Made by a program: the position numbers and the translations under genes. From Bacillota bacterium (GTDB taxonomy: Bacteria > Bacillota > Clostridia > Christensenellales > CAG-138), in the NCBI GenBank assembly GCA_016286445.1, contig JAEESS010000007.1:3318-67317 (forward strand): a stretch of DNA of 64,000 nucleotides, given 5' to 3'. The notes beneath the pieces were generated by a model, which had not been told where the DNA came from, did no database searches, and saw only the letters and a list, made by a program, of their open reading frames with translations. Of the stretch, positions 16,590 through 26,070 are shown in pieces. How positions within the stretch are numbered: the stretch's first letter is position 1; each line of letters opens with the position of its first letter.

Positions 16590-18131
16590 GTGCAAGAAAC
16601 CAACACAAATCAGACGAACCAACTGCATCAAAAACCGAAATCCCGGAAAAAAAGAACGGTTCTGTGGATCGTTCTGTCGATCGCGGCGCTTGCTTTGATC
16701 GGCGGCGGGATCTACGCGTGGCATGTACTGAAGCGACCGGATGTATTTTTCGATCAGACTGCGCGCATATCCGCCCAATCGACGCCGGAAACGACGCCCG
16801 CTTTCGATATAGAAGCGTATCTGCCGACGGCAGAGCCCGGCACAGCGCCGAGTTTGACGGCAGCGCCGGAGGAGACGTCCGGATCTGCTGAGCAAGCGAA
16901 TGAAAGCATACCCATGACGGGGATCGTCAATATCGCCCTGTTCGGGATCGACGCATATGAGGACGGGACGTCGACAAGCGGCACCATGCCGCATACCGAC
17001 GCCAATATGATCGTCGCGATCAATTTCGAGAAAAAGGAAGTCAGTCTGATTTCCATCGCGCGCGACTGTCTGACGACTGCGCCGGGTCATACCGGGTTTT
17101 ATAAGTTCAACGGCGTTTTCAACGTCGGCGGCGGCATGAAGGACCCGAAGGCGGGGTTTGAACTGAGCTCCCGCGCCGCGGAGGAGTGGCTCGGCGGTGT
17201 TTCCGTTCCGTATTATTACGGCGTGGACTTCCAGGCGGTGATCGATCTGGTCGATATGATCGGCGGGATTGATTTTGATGTGGAGATCAGACTGACAACG
17301 CTTAACGGCAGGACGATCAATCCGGGCAGGCGCCATCTGGACGGCAACGGCGTAATGGCATATATGCGTATGCGCAAAACCGCGGACGGCCTCGATTCAA
17401 GCCGGACCGCACGCCAGCGCAAGATGCTGATCGCAATCTTCAAGAAGCTGAAGCAGGAAAGCAAGCTTTCCATGATCCCGGATCTTCTGAAGACCATGGG
17501 CGACAATGTCTATACGAATACAAGTCTGACGCAAACGATGTCGCTCGTGAATTTTGCGCAGGGACTGGACGAAGACAGCATCCGTTCTTACAGCATTCAG
17601 GGGCGTATGCATTATCAGTACGATTGGCGGTATTGCTTTATCGATCAGCAGGCGCGAATCGATATTCTGAAGGAAGTGTACGGGATCGATGCGGAGCCGA
17701 TGCGGATCGATTCGCTTGTGTATGAAACCTTTCTTTACGACAGCGGATTTCGGGCGATCCAGTATCTGACGATTGCGCAAAAGCTGTTTGCAGCCATACA
17801 TGAACTGGGACCCGCCGACGCCATGAGCGAGGAGCAGAAGACCGCCTATGCCGTCTGCTGGAAGGATTACGAGAACCTGCGCGACCGGTTCCGCGCCGTC
17901 GACCGCTGGACGCAGGAGCATTATGACAGTACCGGATTCACGAAAGAGGAACAACAGAAGCGTACGAATGATTACGAAGAACTGAAAGCGCTTGAGGCAA
18001 AGCTGAAGGAATCGGGCGACGCGCTCAATACGCTGTTCCGGAATCCGATCACATTGAGATGGAACCGAAGCATCATCAATTGGTACAAAGAGGACAGCGA
18101 TATCAACGACGTTTACGTTGATTTCCGATAA
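16590..18131 (+). CDS. LCP (LytR-CpsA-Psr) family glycopolymer phosphotransferase, copy 1
   Basis: N-terminal TM, then NIALFGIDAYEDG...HTDANMIVAINFEKKEVSLISIARD...YYYGVDFQAVIDLVDMIGGIDFDV...RTARQRKMLIAIFKKLK. GTG start with RBS-like CAGGAGA. Confidence 0.85.
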   Translation: MQETNTNQTNQLHQKPKSRKKRTVLWIVLSIAALALIGGGIYAWHVLKRPDVFFDQTARISAQSTPETTPAFDIEAYLPTAEPGTAPSLTAAPEETSGSAEQANESIPMTGIVNIALFGIDAYEDGTSTSGTMPHTDANMIVAINFEKKEVSLISIARDCLTTAPGHTGFYKFNGVFNVGGGMKDPKAGFELSSRAAEEWLGGVSVPYYYGVDFQAVIDLVDMIGGIDFDVEIRLTTLNGRTINPGRRHLDGNGVMAYMRMRKTADGLDSSRTARQRKMLIAIFKKLKQESKLSMIPDLLKTMGDNVYTNTSLTQTMSLVNFAQGLDEDSIRSYSIQGRMHYQYDWRYCFIDQQARIDILKEVYGIDAEPMRIDSLVYETFLYDSGFRAIQYLTIAQKLFAAIHELGPADAMSEEQKTAYAVCWKDYENLRDRFRAVDRWTQEHYDSTGFTKEEQQKRTNDYEELKALEAKLKESGDALNTLFRNPITLRWNRSIINWYKEDSDINDVYVDFR

Positions 18132-18190
18132 GCAGAGACAAATATGGCAATATCCGCCGACGATGCCGGCGTGATGCGGAGTGCTGCATT

Positions 18191-20260
18191 ATGAACAAAA
18201 CCATGACAGAACAAGAATCAAAGCGCAAAACGGACAAGCGGAAAGGAAAAACGAAGATCCTCTTTTCCGTTCTTCTCGGCGTATATGATTTCATTGCCGT
18301 ATGCGCCGCCTATTTTCTGGCGCTTTGGATGCGGTTTGATTTCTTCTTTTCCCATATAGAACAGAAATATCTGGATGCATTCGGCAAATTCATCCTGTTT
18401 TACGGCGCGTTTTCCGTGCTGGTTCTTTGGCTGTTCCGCCTTTACAAGACGCTGTGGAGATACATCGGGATCAGCGAGATGGTCCGCACGCTTGCGGTAT
18501 CCCTGCTGCTCTCTGTTGTGCACGCCGTTGCGATCACGCTCATATTCTGGCACCGCATGCCGTTCTCTTATTATATCGGCGGCGCGATGATTCAGGCGGT
18601 CTTTCTGATCGGCATGCGGTTTTCGGCGCGTATGTACAGCAACTGGCACAGCCGAAAGGCGTTCAGCCATATGCCGATGGATCGCGTAATGCTGATCGGC
18701 GCGGGCAATGCGGGACAAATGATCCTGAAGGACATGGTTGCAAATCCCGTTAACCGTGACAAGGTCGTCTGCATCATTGACGACGATCCGAACAAGCAGG
18801 GCAGGTATCTGGAAAGCGTCCCGATCGTCGGCGGACGCGAGGACATCCTTTCCGCGGTACAAAAATATCGGATCGACAAGATCTACCTTGCGATTCCCAG
18901 TGCGACGGCAGAACAGAAACGCGATATCCTGGCGATCTGCAACGAGACGGACTGTGAGCTCAAGCAGCTCCCGGGCATTTATCAGCTGATTTCCGGACAG
19001 GTGACCGTCAGCGCGATGAAGGATGTTGCGGTGGAGGATCTTTTGGGCCGTGAACCGATCCGACCCGATCTTTCCGGCGTTTACTCCTTTATCAACGGAA
19101 AAACCGTTCTTGTCACCGGCGGCGGCGGATCCATCGGAAGCGAGCTTTGCCGCCAGATCGCGGCGCACGGACCGAAGCAGCTGATCATCTTCGATGTATA
19201 TGAGAACAGCGCATATGAGATCCAGCAGGAGCTGAAGGAACTGTATCCGACGATGGATCTTGTCGTGCTGATCGGTTCCGTCCGCGACAGCCGCAGGATG
19301 TTCAAGGTGTTCGATACCTACCGCCCGCAGATCGTTTACCATGCGGCGGCGCACAAGCATGTTCCGCTGATGGAGGACAGCCCGTGCGAAGCGATCAAGA
19401 ACAATGTGCTCGGAACGTACAAAACCGCGTATGCCGCGATGGTCCACGGCTGCGAGCGTTTTGTTCTGATCTCCACGGACAAGGCGGTCAATCCGACAAA
19501 CGTCATGGGCGCCAGCAAGCGCCTGTGCGAGATGATCGTGCAGTGCTTCGACGCAAAGATCAAGGCGGGCAAAGCAAGCGAGATCCCGCAGCTCTTTACG
19601 CATGAAGGCTGGGAAAACGCCGACAAGGACGGCACCGGAAGCGTGTTCCGCAGCATCAGGACCGAGTTTGTCGCGGTGCGGTTCGGCAATGTTCTCGGCA
19701 GCAACGGTTCCGTGATCCCGCTGTTTAAGAAGCAGATCGCGAAGGGCGGTCCCGTTACGGTCACGCATCCGGACGTCGTCCGCTACTTTATGACGATCCC
19801 GGAGGCGGTCAGCCTTGTCATGCTGGCAGGAACATACGCAAAAGGCGGCGAGATCTTTGTGCTGGATATGGGAAGTCCGGTCAAGATCGACACGCTTGCC
19901 AGAAATCTCATCCGGCAGGCGGGATTGAAACCGGACGTCGATATCAAGATCGAGTATACCGGTCTTCGTCCCGGCGAAAAACTGTATGAGGAAAAGCTGA
20001 TGGCAGCGGAAGGTCTCAGAAAGACGGAAAACGAGCTGATCCACATCGGCGCGCCGATCAAACTCGACCAGGATCTTCTTTTCAAAAACCTCAATACGCT
20101 CATGAACGCAGCGTATGCCAATGACGAACGGATCCGCGCGCTTCTGCTCGATATAGTACCGACCTATCATCCTGCAGACAACAGCGGAGACAAGCCGACG
20201 ATTACGATATACGGCGCACATGGGAAGGAAGAGAAGGACGAACTGCATGCCGCAGGCTGA
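18191..20260 (+). CDS. Membrane-anchored NDP-sugar 4,6-dehydratase (CapD/PglF/WbpM family)
   Basis: 4 N-terminal TM helices. Rossmann motifs MLIGAGNAGQ and LVTGGGGSIGSEL. HAAAHKHVPLME and STDKAVNPTNVMGASKR are Polysacc_synt_2 hallmarks. Confidence 0.85.
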   Translation: MNKTMTEQESKRKTDKRKGKTKILFSVLLGVYDFIAVCAAYFLALWMRFDFFFSHIEQKYLDAFGKFILFYGAFSVLVLWLFRLYKTLWRYIGISEMVRTLAVSLLLSVVHAVAITLIFWHRMPFSYYIGGAMIQAVFLIGMRFSARMYSNWHSRKAFSHMPMDRVMLIGAGNAGQMILKDMVANPVNRDKVVCIIDDDPNKQGRYLESVPIVGGREDILSAVQKYRIDKIYLAIPSATAEQKRDILAICNETDCELKQLPGIYQLISGQVTVSAMKDVAVEDLLGREPIRPDLSGVYSFINGKTVLVTGGGGSIGSELCRQIAAHGPKQLIIFDVYENSAYEIQQELKELYPTMDLVVLIGSVRDSRRMFKVFDTYRPQIVYHAAAHKHVPLMEDSPCEAIKNNVLGTYKTAYAAMVHGCERFVLISTDKAVNPTNVMGASKRLCEMIVQCFDAKIKAGKASEIPQLFTHEGWENADKDGTGSVFRSIRTEFVAVRFGNVLGSNGSVIPLFKKQIAKGGPVTVTHPDVVRYFMTIPEAVSLVMLAGTYAKGGEIFVLDMGSPVKIDTLARNLIRQAGLKPDVDIKIEYTGLRPGEKLYEEKLMAAEGLRKTENELIHIGAPIKLDQDLLFKNLNTLMNAAYANDERIRALLLDIVPTYHPADNSGDKPTITIYGAHGKEEKDELHAAG

Positions 20261-20696
20261 AACAGGACGCCCGTCGCGTAAACGGATGATCCTGCTGATC
20301 GCGACAGGACTTGTGCTCATCTTCATCTTCGCGCAATCCCTGCTTCCGCAGAACGTTTCCGCGGAGGAGAGCGGATGGATGACAGAGAAGATCATCAATC
20401 CGTTCCTCAATCTGTTCGGACTCCGGTCGATGATGCACGGCACGGTCCGCAAGCTTGTGCACATCGCAGAGTTTGCGATCCTGTCCGTCCTGCTTGTGTT
20501 TTGCTTTCGCGGGAAACCGATCAAAGGCGCAGGCGCCGGTTTTACAGCCGCCTTTCTGGACGAAAGCATCCAGCTTCTGTCCGACCGCGGCGCTTTGATT
20601 TCCGATGTCTGGATCGACCTGATCGGCGTTGCTCTGGGTTCATTGCTCGGTTTTTTGGTTTATCGTGCGATCATTCGACGCAGACAGGCATCTTGA
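20247..20696 (+). CDS. VanZ-family membrane protein
   Basis: RKLVHIAEFAILSVLL...FLDESIQLLSDRGALISDVWIDLIGVALG matches the VanZ pattern. Start uncertain (20220, 20247 or 20286). Confidence 0.6.
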   Translation: MPQAETGRPSRKRMILLIATGLVLIFIFAQSLLPQNVSAEESGWMTEKIINPFLNLFGLRSMMHGTVRKLVHIAEFAILSVLLVFCFRGKPIKGAGAGFTAAFLDESIQLLSDRGALISDVWIDLIGVALGSLLGFLVYRAIIRRRQAS

Positions 20697-20781
20697 CAAT
20701 AAGCAAAGAAAAAATGATTGTTTCGTGAATGATTTGATGTAAAGATCGATAGTATGCAGTAACAGAAATAGAAGGTGTAAT

Positions 20782-22092
20782 ATGAACAAGTTTTCTGAAG
20801 ATCCGCGTTTTGCCGGGATCAAACCGTTTGAAAAAAAGGTTTGGCTGAGCTCACCGACCATGCACGGCGACGAACAGCATTGGGTGGACGACGCCATACA
20901 GACGAACTGGGTATCGACCATCGGTGCGAATATCAACGAGGTAGAGAAGCAGATCGCCGAACGGATCGGCGTCAAGTATGCCGTCGCGCTTTCCTGCGGG
21001 ACAGCGGCGCTGCATCTTGCAACAAAGCTTGCCGGTGAAAAACTCTACGGGCAGGCACGTCCGAACGAAGGTACCCTGCAAGGACACAAGGTCTTTTGCT
21101 CCGATATGACGTTCGACGCTTCCATCAATCCGGTCGCCTATGAAGACGGCGAGGCGATCTTTATCGATACCGAACGCGATACATGGAACATGTCCCCGGA
21201 AGCTCTTGAAAAAGCGTTTGAAATCTATCCGGACGTCAGATTGGTCGTCATCGCGCATCTGTACGGAACGCCGGGCAAGATGGAGGAGCTGAAGTCGATC
21301 TGTGAAAAACACGGCGCGCTGATTGTCGAAGACGCAGCGGAATCCCTCGGCGCAAAGTACAAGCTGAACGGCGCGTGGGTGGAAACCGGTACGCTCGGCG
21401 ACTACAACTGCATCAGCTTCAACGGCAACAAGATCATCACCGGCAGCGCGGGCGGCATGTTCCTCACGAACAATGTTGAGGACGCAAACAAGGTTCGCAA
21501 ATGGTCCACGCAAAGCCGCGAAGCAGCGCCGTGGTACCAGCATGAAGAGATCGGCTATAACTACCGCATGAGCAATATCATTGCAGGCGTCGTTCGCGGA
21601 CAGCTTCCGTATATCGAGGAGCATATGGCACAGAAAAAGGCGATCTACGAGCGCTACAAAGCCGGTCTTGCGGATCTGCCGGTCAAAATGAACCCCTACG
21701 ATCCCGACAAGTCCCAGCCGAACTTCTGGCTCTCCTGCATGATCATCGACGAAGACGCCATGGCGCCGCAGGTGCGCGGCGAACGGGACTATCTTTACAA
21801 GTCCGTTTCCGGAAAGAGCAGTCCGCAGGAGATCCTTGACGCCATCTTCGCCTTTAACGCGGAAGGCCGCCCGATTTGGAAGCCGATGCATATGCAGCCG
21901 ATCTACCGCACGCACGCCTTCATCACCGCCGAAGGCAACGGTCGCGGACGCTCCAACGCCTACATCGCGGGCTCCGGCGTCGACGTCGGTGCGGACATCT
22001 TCCGCCGCGGTCTCTGCCTGCCCTCCGACAACAAGCTGACGCCGGAGCAGCAGGACAGGATCATCGACATAATTCATCGCTGCTTCCGGTGA
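20782..22092 (+). CDS. DegT/DnrJ/EryC1-family PLP-dependent sugar aminotransferase
   Basis: ...LSCGTAALHLA...EDAAESLGAKY...ISFNGNKIITGSAGGMF... with the Schiff-base Lys in NGNKIIT. Confidence 0.85.
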   Translation: MNKFSEDPRFAGIKPFEKKVWLSSPTMHGDEQHWVDDAIQTNWVSTIGANINEVEKQIAERIGVKYAVALSCGTAALHLATKLAGEKLYGQARPNEGTLQGHKVFCSDMTFDASINPVAYEDGEAIFIDTERDTWNMSPEALEKAFEIYPDVRLVVIAHLYGTPGKMEELKSICEKHGALIVEDAAESLGAKYKLNGAWVETGTLGDYNCISFNGNKIITGSAGGMFLTNNVEDANKVRKWSTQSREAAPWYQHEEIGYNYRMSNIIAGVVRGQLPYIEEHMAQKKAIYERYKAGLADLPVKMNPYDPDKSQPNFWLSCMIIDEDAMAPQVRGERDYLYKSVSGKSSPQEILDAIFAFNAEGRPIWKPMHMQPIYRTHAFITAEGNGRGRSNAYIAGSGVDVGADIFRRGLCLPSDNKLTPEQQDRIIDIIHRCFR

Positions 22093-23111
22093 TGTTTTTT
22101 GCTGTCGGAGCTTTCGCCATGCTATCCGTTATCGTTCCGGTGTACAATGTTGAGCCATATTTGAAAAGATGTCTTGACAGTATTCTTCATCAATCGTATC
22201 AGGATTTGGAAATATTAATCATTGATGATGGTTCTACAGATGGATCACAGGATATATGTGATGACTTTGAGAAAAAAGACAAGAGAATCAAGGTATTCCA
22301 TACGGAGAACAGAGGACTGTCTTGTGCGCGCAATTTAGGGCTTCAGCATGCAAAAGGCAACTGGATCGGGTTTGTCGATTCAGACGACTGGATCGAGCCG
22401 GATATGTATGAACATTTGATTCGGTCTGCAATTGATAATTGCGCAGATATTTCCTGCTGCGGATACGATAGAGAATATAATGACAGATCAGTATCTCATT
22501 CATTAATCAGTGAAGAAAGATGCTATGATGGTGATGAAATGGTTGCTTCGACCATGAAAGGAAGCACATTTGGCCATTATGCATGGAACAAGATTTATAA
22601 AAGAGAATTGTTCAGTGAGGAATGTAAGTTTCCTCCCGGTATGCTGTTTGAAGATATAGCCACCATATGGAAACTCATCGTGAAATGTCATCGTGTAGTA
22701 TGTGTTCCGGGTACACTCTATCATTATTTGATTCGCAAAGACAGTATCGGCAATACCAAGACAATGAAAAATCTTGCAGATCGTTGGACAGCATTCAAAG
22801 AGCGCTTTGATATAATGGCGTCGAAAAGTGATGAACTACAGATGATTTGCACAAAAGGTTGCCTTGAAACGATCGGTTATACCTGGCGATGGCTGTACGT
22901 CACAAAGAAAAAGGACAGAGTCTGCTATGAAGGACGCCTTCGGGAAATGAGGGAATTTGCAAAAGCAAATCGCAGCATGATGCGTTCTTGTTCGATAGCT
23001 ACACGCATATCTCTTCTTTGTGCTATATACTCAAATCCGATCTCTATATTCGGATGCTATTGGCTGAATCAGGTATTCAGAAGGGCAAGAAGATTGGATC
23101 GGATGACGTGA
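22092..23111 (+). CDS. Glycosyltransferase family 2
   Basis: LSVIVPVYNVEPYLKRCLDSILHQSYQDLEILIIDDGSTDGS...FVDSDDW (DxD). Start at 22092 or 22119. The AT-richer region begins here. Confidence 0.85.
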   Translation: MFFAVGAFAMLSVIVPVYNVEPYLKRCLDSILHQSYQDLEILIIDDGSTDGSQDICDDFEKKDKRIKVFHTENRGLSCARNLGLQHAKGNWIGFVDSDDWIEPDMYEHLIRSAIDNCADISCCGYDREYNDRSVSHSLISEERCYDGDEMVASTMKGSTFGHYAWNKIYKRELFSEECKFPPGMLFEDIATIWKLIVKCHRVVCVPGTLYHYLIRKDSIGNTKTMKNLADRWTAFKERFDIMASKSDELQMICTKGCLETIGYTWRWLYVTKKKDRVCYEGRLREMREFAKANRSMMRSCSIATRISLLCAIYSNPISIFGCYWLNQVFRRARRLDRMT

Positions 23112-23138
23112 TGGCGGAAGCGCCGACAAAAAGATAAT

Positions 23139-24032
23139 GTGAAAAAATACGTTCAAGATATAGATGGCTGGCAATACTATAATCATGCAATGATTCCATC
23201 ATCTGCTCCGCATGCAGATGTTGATCTTTCCACTATTCTGAACGGGGAGATATGGCGTTATAGAAACGGAAAAGACCGTCCGCTTCTCGTCAGATGGACA
23301 ACAGACTGGGATTGTGATTGTGAGACAGGATGGTGGTTTGTTGTCCGTGAAAGACCTTTTGACTTGAAGGATCTGTCTTCCTCTTCCCGGAGGAACATTA
23401 GGAAATCCCTTAGGAATTGCAGAGTCGAAAGGATCAATCCCGGAGAGTATGCTGAGGATTTATGGCGGGTATTCAATGAAGCTGCGGAGAGGTATCGGAA
23501 TTACCGCATCACTGTTACAAAACAAGAGTTTGTAAACAGAATAATTGACAGCGAAACAGAACAGGAATACTGGGGCGGTTTTGACAATCAAACGGGAAGG
23601 ATGATAGGATATGCGATCTTTCAACCGCATCAGGATTGGGTTGAGTTTCTTGTATCAAAGTATTCGACCCGATATTTGAAGCTCAGGGTCAGCGATGCCA
23701 TCAATGCGAAAGCGTTGGACTATTACCTGAATCAATTGAAAAAAAGGTACATATCCGACGGAGCGCGTTCTGTCTTTCATAAGACGAGTTTTCAGGAATA
23801 CCTAAGAGACCACTTTGGATACCGATGCGCTTTTTGCAGACTTCATGTATTGTACAAAAAACCGGTTAAGCTGTTAATTGATTTGCTGTATCCACTCAGG
23901 TCTGTTTTCCGTCGGTTTGATGATATCGGAGCAATTCATCAGATGAATTCCTTGCTCTATATGGAAGAGATCATTAGGGAGGAAAGCAAGAGAACTGTTG
24001 CTGCGGGATCGGTTCGATTGCGGCAGTTTTAG
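23139..24032 (+). CDS. Uncharacterised protein, possibly FemAB-like/GNAT-fold (Acetyltransf_6-type)
   Basis: 297 aa with a GTG start. SSSSRRNIRKSLRNCRVERI resembles the ...R.NIRKA.K.GV... segment of FemX/MurM-like and CelD-like GNAT proteins. Weak, motif-level only. Confidence 0.4.
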   Translation: MKKYVQDIDGWQYYNHAMIPSSAPHADVDLSTILNGEIWRYRNGKDRPLLVRWTTDWDCDCETGWWFVVRERPFDLKDLSSSSRRNIRKSLRNCRVERINPGEYAEDLWRVFNEAAERYRNYRITVTKQEFVNRIIDSETEQEYWGGFDNQTGRMIGYAIFQPHQDWVEFLVSKYSTRYLKLRVSDAINAKALDYYLNQLKKRYISDGARSVFHKTSFQEYLRDHFGYRCAFCRLHVLYKKPVKLLIDLLYPLRSVFRRFDDIGAIHQMNSLLYMEEIIREESKRTVAAGSVRLRQF

Positions 24033-24057
24033 TATACAGCAATGATCAGATATTGAA

Positions 24058-24786
24058 ATGCGGAAGATCGGCTTTTACGAAAAGTATATCAAACGGATTC
24101 TGGACATTATCTGCTCGCTTCTGGCGCTGATTGTGTTTAGCTGGTTATATGCAATTGTTGCCATAGCCGTGCGGATCAAATTAGGGTCGCCTGTTGTTTT
24201 CAAGCAGCCGCGCCCCGGGCTGATTGATCCGAAAACCGGTAAAGAACGAATCTTTCATTTATACAAGTTTCGGTCTATGACGGATGAGCGTGATCAATCC
24301 GGAAATCTTCTTCCTGATGAACAGAGATTGACGAAATTCGGAAGAATGCTGAGAGCGACCAGCTTGGATGAACTTCCGGAAGCGATCAACATTCTCAAAG
24401 GCGATATGTCGGTAATAGGTCCGCGACCGCAGCTTGTGCGGGATATGGTGTTTATGTCCGAGGAACAGCGAATGCGTCATACGGCAAGGCCGGGATTAAG
24501 CGGGTTAGCGCAAGTAAGAGGAAGGAACGCGATTTCGTGGGAAGATAAAATCAACTGGGACTTGGAATATATTAATGATGTTTCTTTTAAAAACGATTTC
24601 AGACTGGTTGTTGAAACGATCAAAGTTGCACTAATAGAGCAAGAAGGCATAACAGATGGAGAAAATGCCACTGCTTTGGATTACGGTGACATGCTGTTGA
24701 AAACAGGAAAAATATCCAAAACACAATATGATGCATGTCAAGCATATGCAAAGCAGATTCTGGAGGAAAGAGATGAAGTTCGTTAA
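24058..24786 (+). CDS. Monotopic phosphoglycosyl transferase (PglC/WbaP C-terminal type, Bac_transf)
   Basis: KRILDIICSLLALIVFSWL re-entrant helix, KFRSM and DELPEAINILKGDMSVIGPRP motifs. Confidence 0.9.
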   Translation: MRKIGFYEKYIKRILDIICSLLALIVFSWLYAIVAIAVRIKLGSPVVFKQPRPGLIDPKTGKERIFHLYKFRSMTDERDQSGNLLPDEQRLTKFGRMLRATSLDELPEAINILKGDMSVIGPRPQLVRDMVFMSEEQRMRHTARPGLSGLAQVRGRNAISWEDKINWDLEYINDVSFKNDFRLVVETIKVALIEQEGITDGENATALDYGDMLLKTGKISKTQYDACQAYAKQILEERDEVR

Positions 24787-25297
24787 GTGGGCATATGAGA
24801 AGATCAGAAAAAAACCTGCACCGTACTATTATCAATACTCATTGTTCTCTTATTTGTTCAAACCAATCCGGAAATGGATAACGCAGGTAATCGCTCCCAA
24901 TTGCGTTTTTAACAAAATTCGCATTTTGCTGTATCGCATGTGTGGGTTTAAAATCGGGAAACGTGTGTTTATCGGGATGCGCTGCTATTTGGACGATATG
25001 TGTTACCAACTGTTGACCATAGGAGATGATGTAACAATATCCTATGGCGTCTATTTCGCATGCCATGGAAGGCACCAAGGTCATTATCCGATTGTTATCG
25101 AAAAAGGTGCATATATCGGCATGAGGGCATCCATTATCAGCAAAAATGCCGTCAAAACAAATAATCATGCAGGGGGGGTCACGATTGGGGAAAACTCGGT
25201 TGTGGGAGCGTGTGCGCTTGTAAACCGTGATATCCCGAATGGTGCAACTGCCGTTGGGGTCCCGTGCAGGATTATTGAGAAAGGCAAACAAGAATGA
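24773..25297 (+). CDS. Left-handed beta-helix (hexapeptide) acetyltransferase
   Basis: Hexapeptide repeats ...IGDDVTISYGVYF...IEKGAYIGMRASII...VTIGENSVVGACALV.... Start MKFVKW at 24773 behind GGAGGAAAG. Confidence 0.8.
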   Translation: MKFVKWAYEKIRKKPAPYYYQYSLFSYLFKPIRKWITQVIAPNCVFNKIRILLYRMCGFKIGKRVFIGMRCYLDDMCYQLLTIGDDVTISYGVYFACHGRHQGHYPIVIEKGAYIGMRASIISKNAVKTNNHAGGVTIGENSVVGACALVNRDIPNGATAVGVPCRIIEKGKQE

Positions 25298-26070
25298 ATG
25301 ATTTGGTTTCCATTATCATGCCATCATATAATACGGGGGCATGTATTTCGGAATCGATTCAATCCGTTCAAGCGCAAACGTATAAAAACTGGGAACTGAT
25401 CATTGTGGATGATTGTTCAACGGACGATACGGATACGGTTATTCAGAGTTTTTTAGCAGATTCACGGATTCGATATCTGAAAAATGAAAATAACTGTGGG
25501 GCTGCTGTAAGCAGGAATTATGCTTTGCGTGAAGCTAAGGGAAAGTGGATTGCTTTTCTGGATTCAGATGATATCTGGATGCCGCATAAATTAGAGAAAC
25601 AGATCCGATTCATGCAGGAAAACGATTATCATTTTTCCTATACGAATTATGATGAAATGACTGCTGAAGGAGTACGGAATGACGTTTTCGTTACCGGTCC
25701 GAAAAGGATCACGAAAAACGGTTTCTATAATTATTGCTGGCCGGGCTGTCTTACGGTCATGTATGATGCGGAAACGGTTGGCTTGATTCAGATCGCCGAC
25801 ATCAAAAAGAACAATGATTACGCGATGTGGCTGAAGGTGTGTCGAAAGGCGGATTGTTATCTTTTGGATGAGAACTTGGCGATATATCGTCGCGGACGTA
25901 AAGGAAGCGTCAGTACACACAGCATCAGAACAATGATTGCTTGGCATTACCGTCTGTTTCATGAAGCGGAAGGGCAGAATTCTCTGTATGCGGCGATCAA
26001 CACAATTCGAAATTTAGTATTCGGATTATATAAGAAAAGCAGATATGTAAAAAGAGGATACATGCAATGA
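25294..26070 (+). CDS. Glycosyltransferase family 2
   Basis: VSIIMPSYNTGACISESIQSVQAQTYKNWELIIVDDCSTDDT...FLDSDDIW. Confidence 0.85.
   Translation: MNDLVSIIMPSYNTGACISESIQSVQAQTYKNWELIIVDDCSTDDTDTVIQSFLADSRIRYLKNENNCGAAVSRNYALREAKGKWIAFLDSDDIWMPHKLEKQIRFMQENDYHFSYTNYDEMTAEGVRNDVFVTGPKRITKNGFYNYCWPGCLTVMYDAETVGLIQIADIKKNNDYAMWLKVCRKADCYLLDENLAIYRRGRKGSVSTHSIRTMIAWHYRLFHEAEGQNSLYAAINTIRNLVFGLYKKSRYVKRGYMQ

Noticed and set aside
18218-20569. 783-aa ORF on the minus strand
   Set aside because: It is exactly antisense to the well-supported CapD/PglF-like and VanZ genes. The translation is Arg/Asp/His-rich low complexity with no motif. This is a typical shadow ORF of GC-rich coding DNA.
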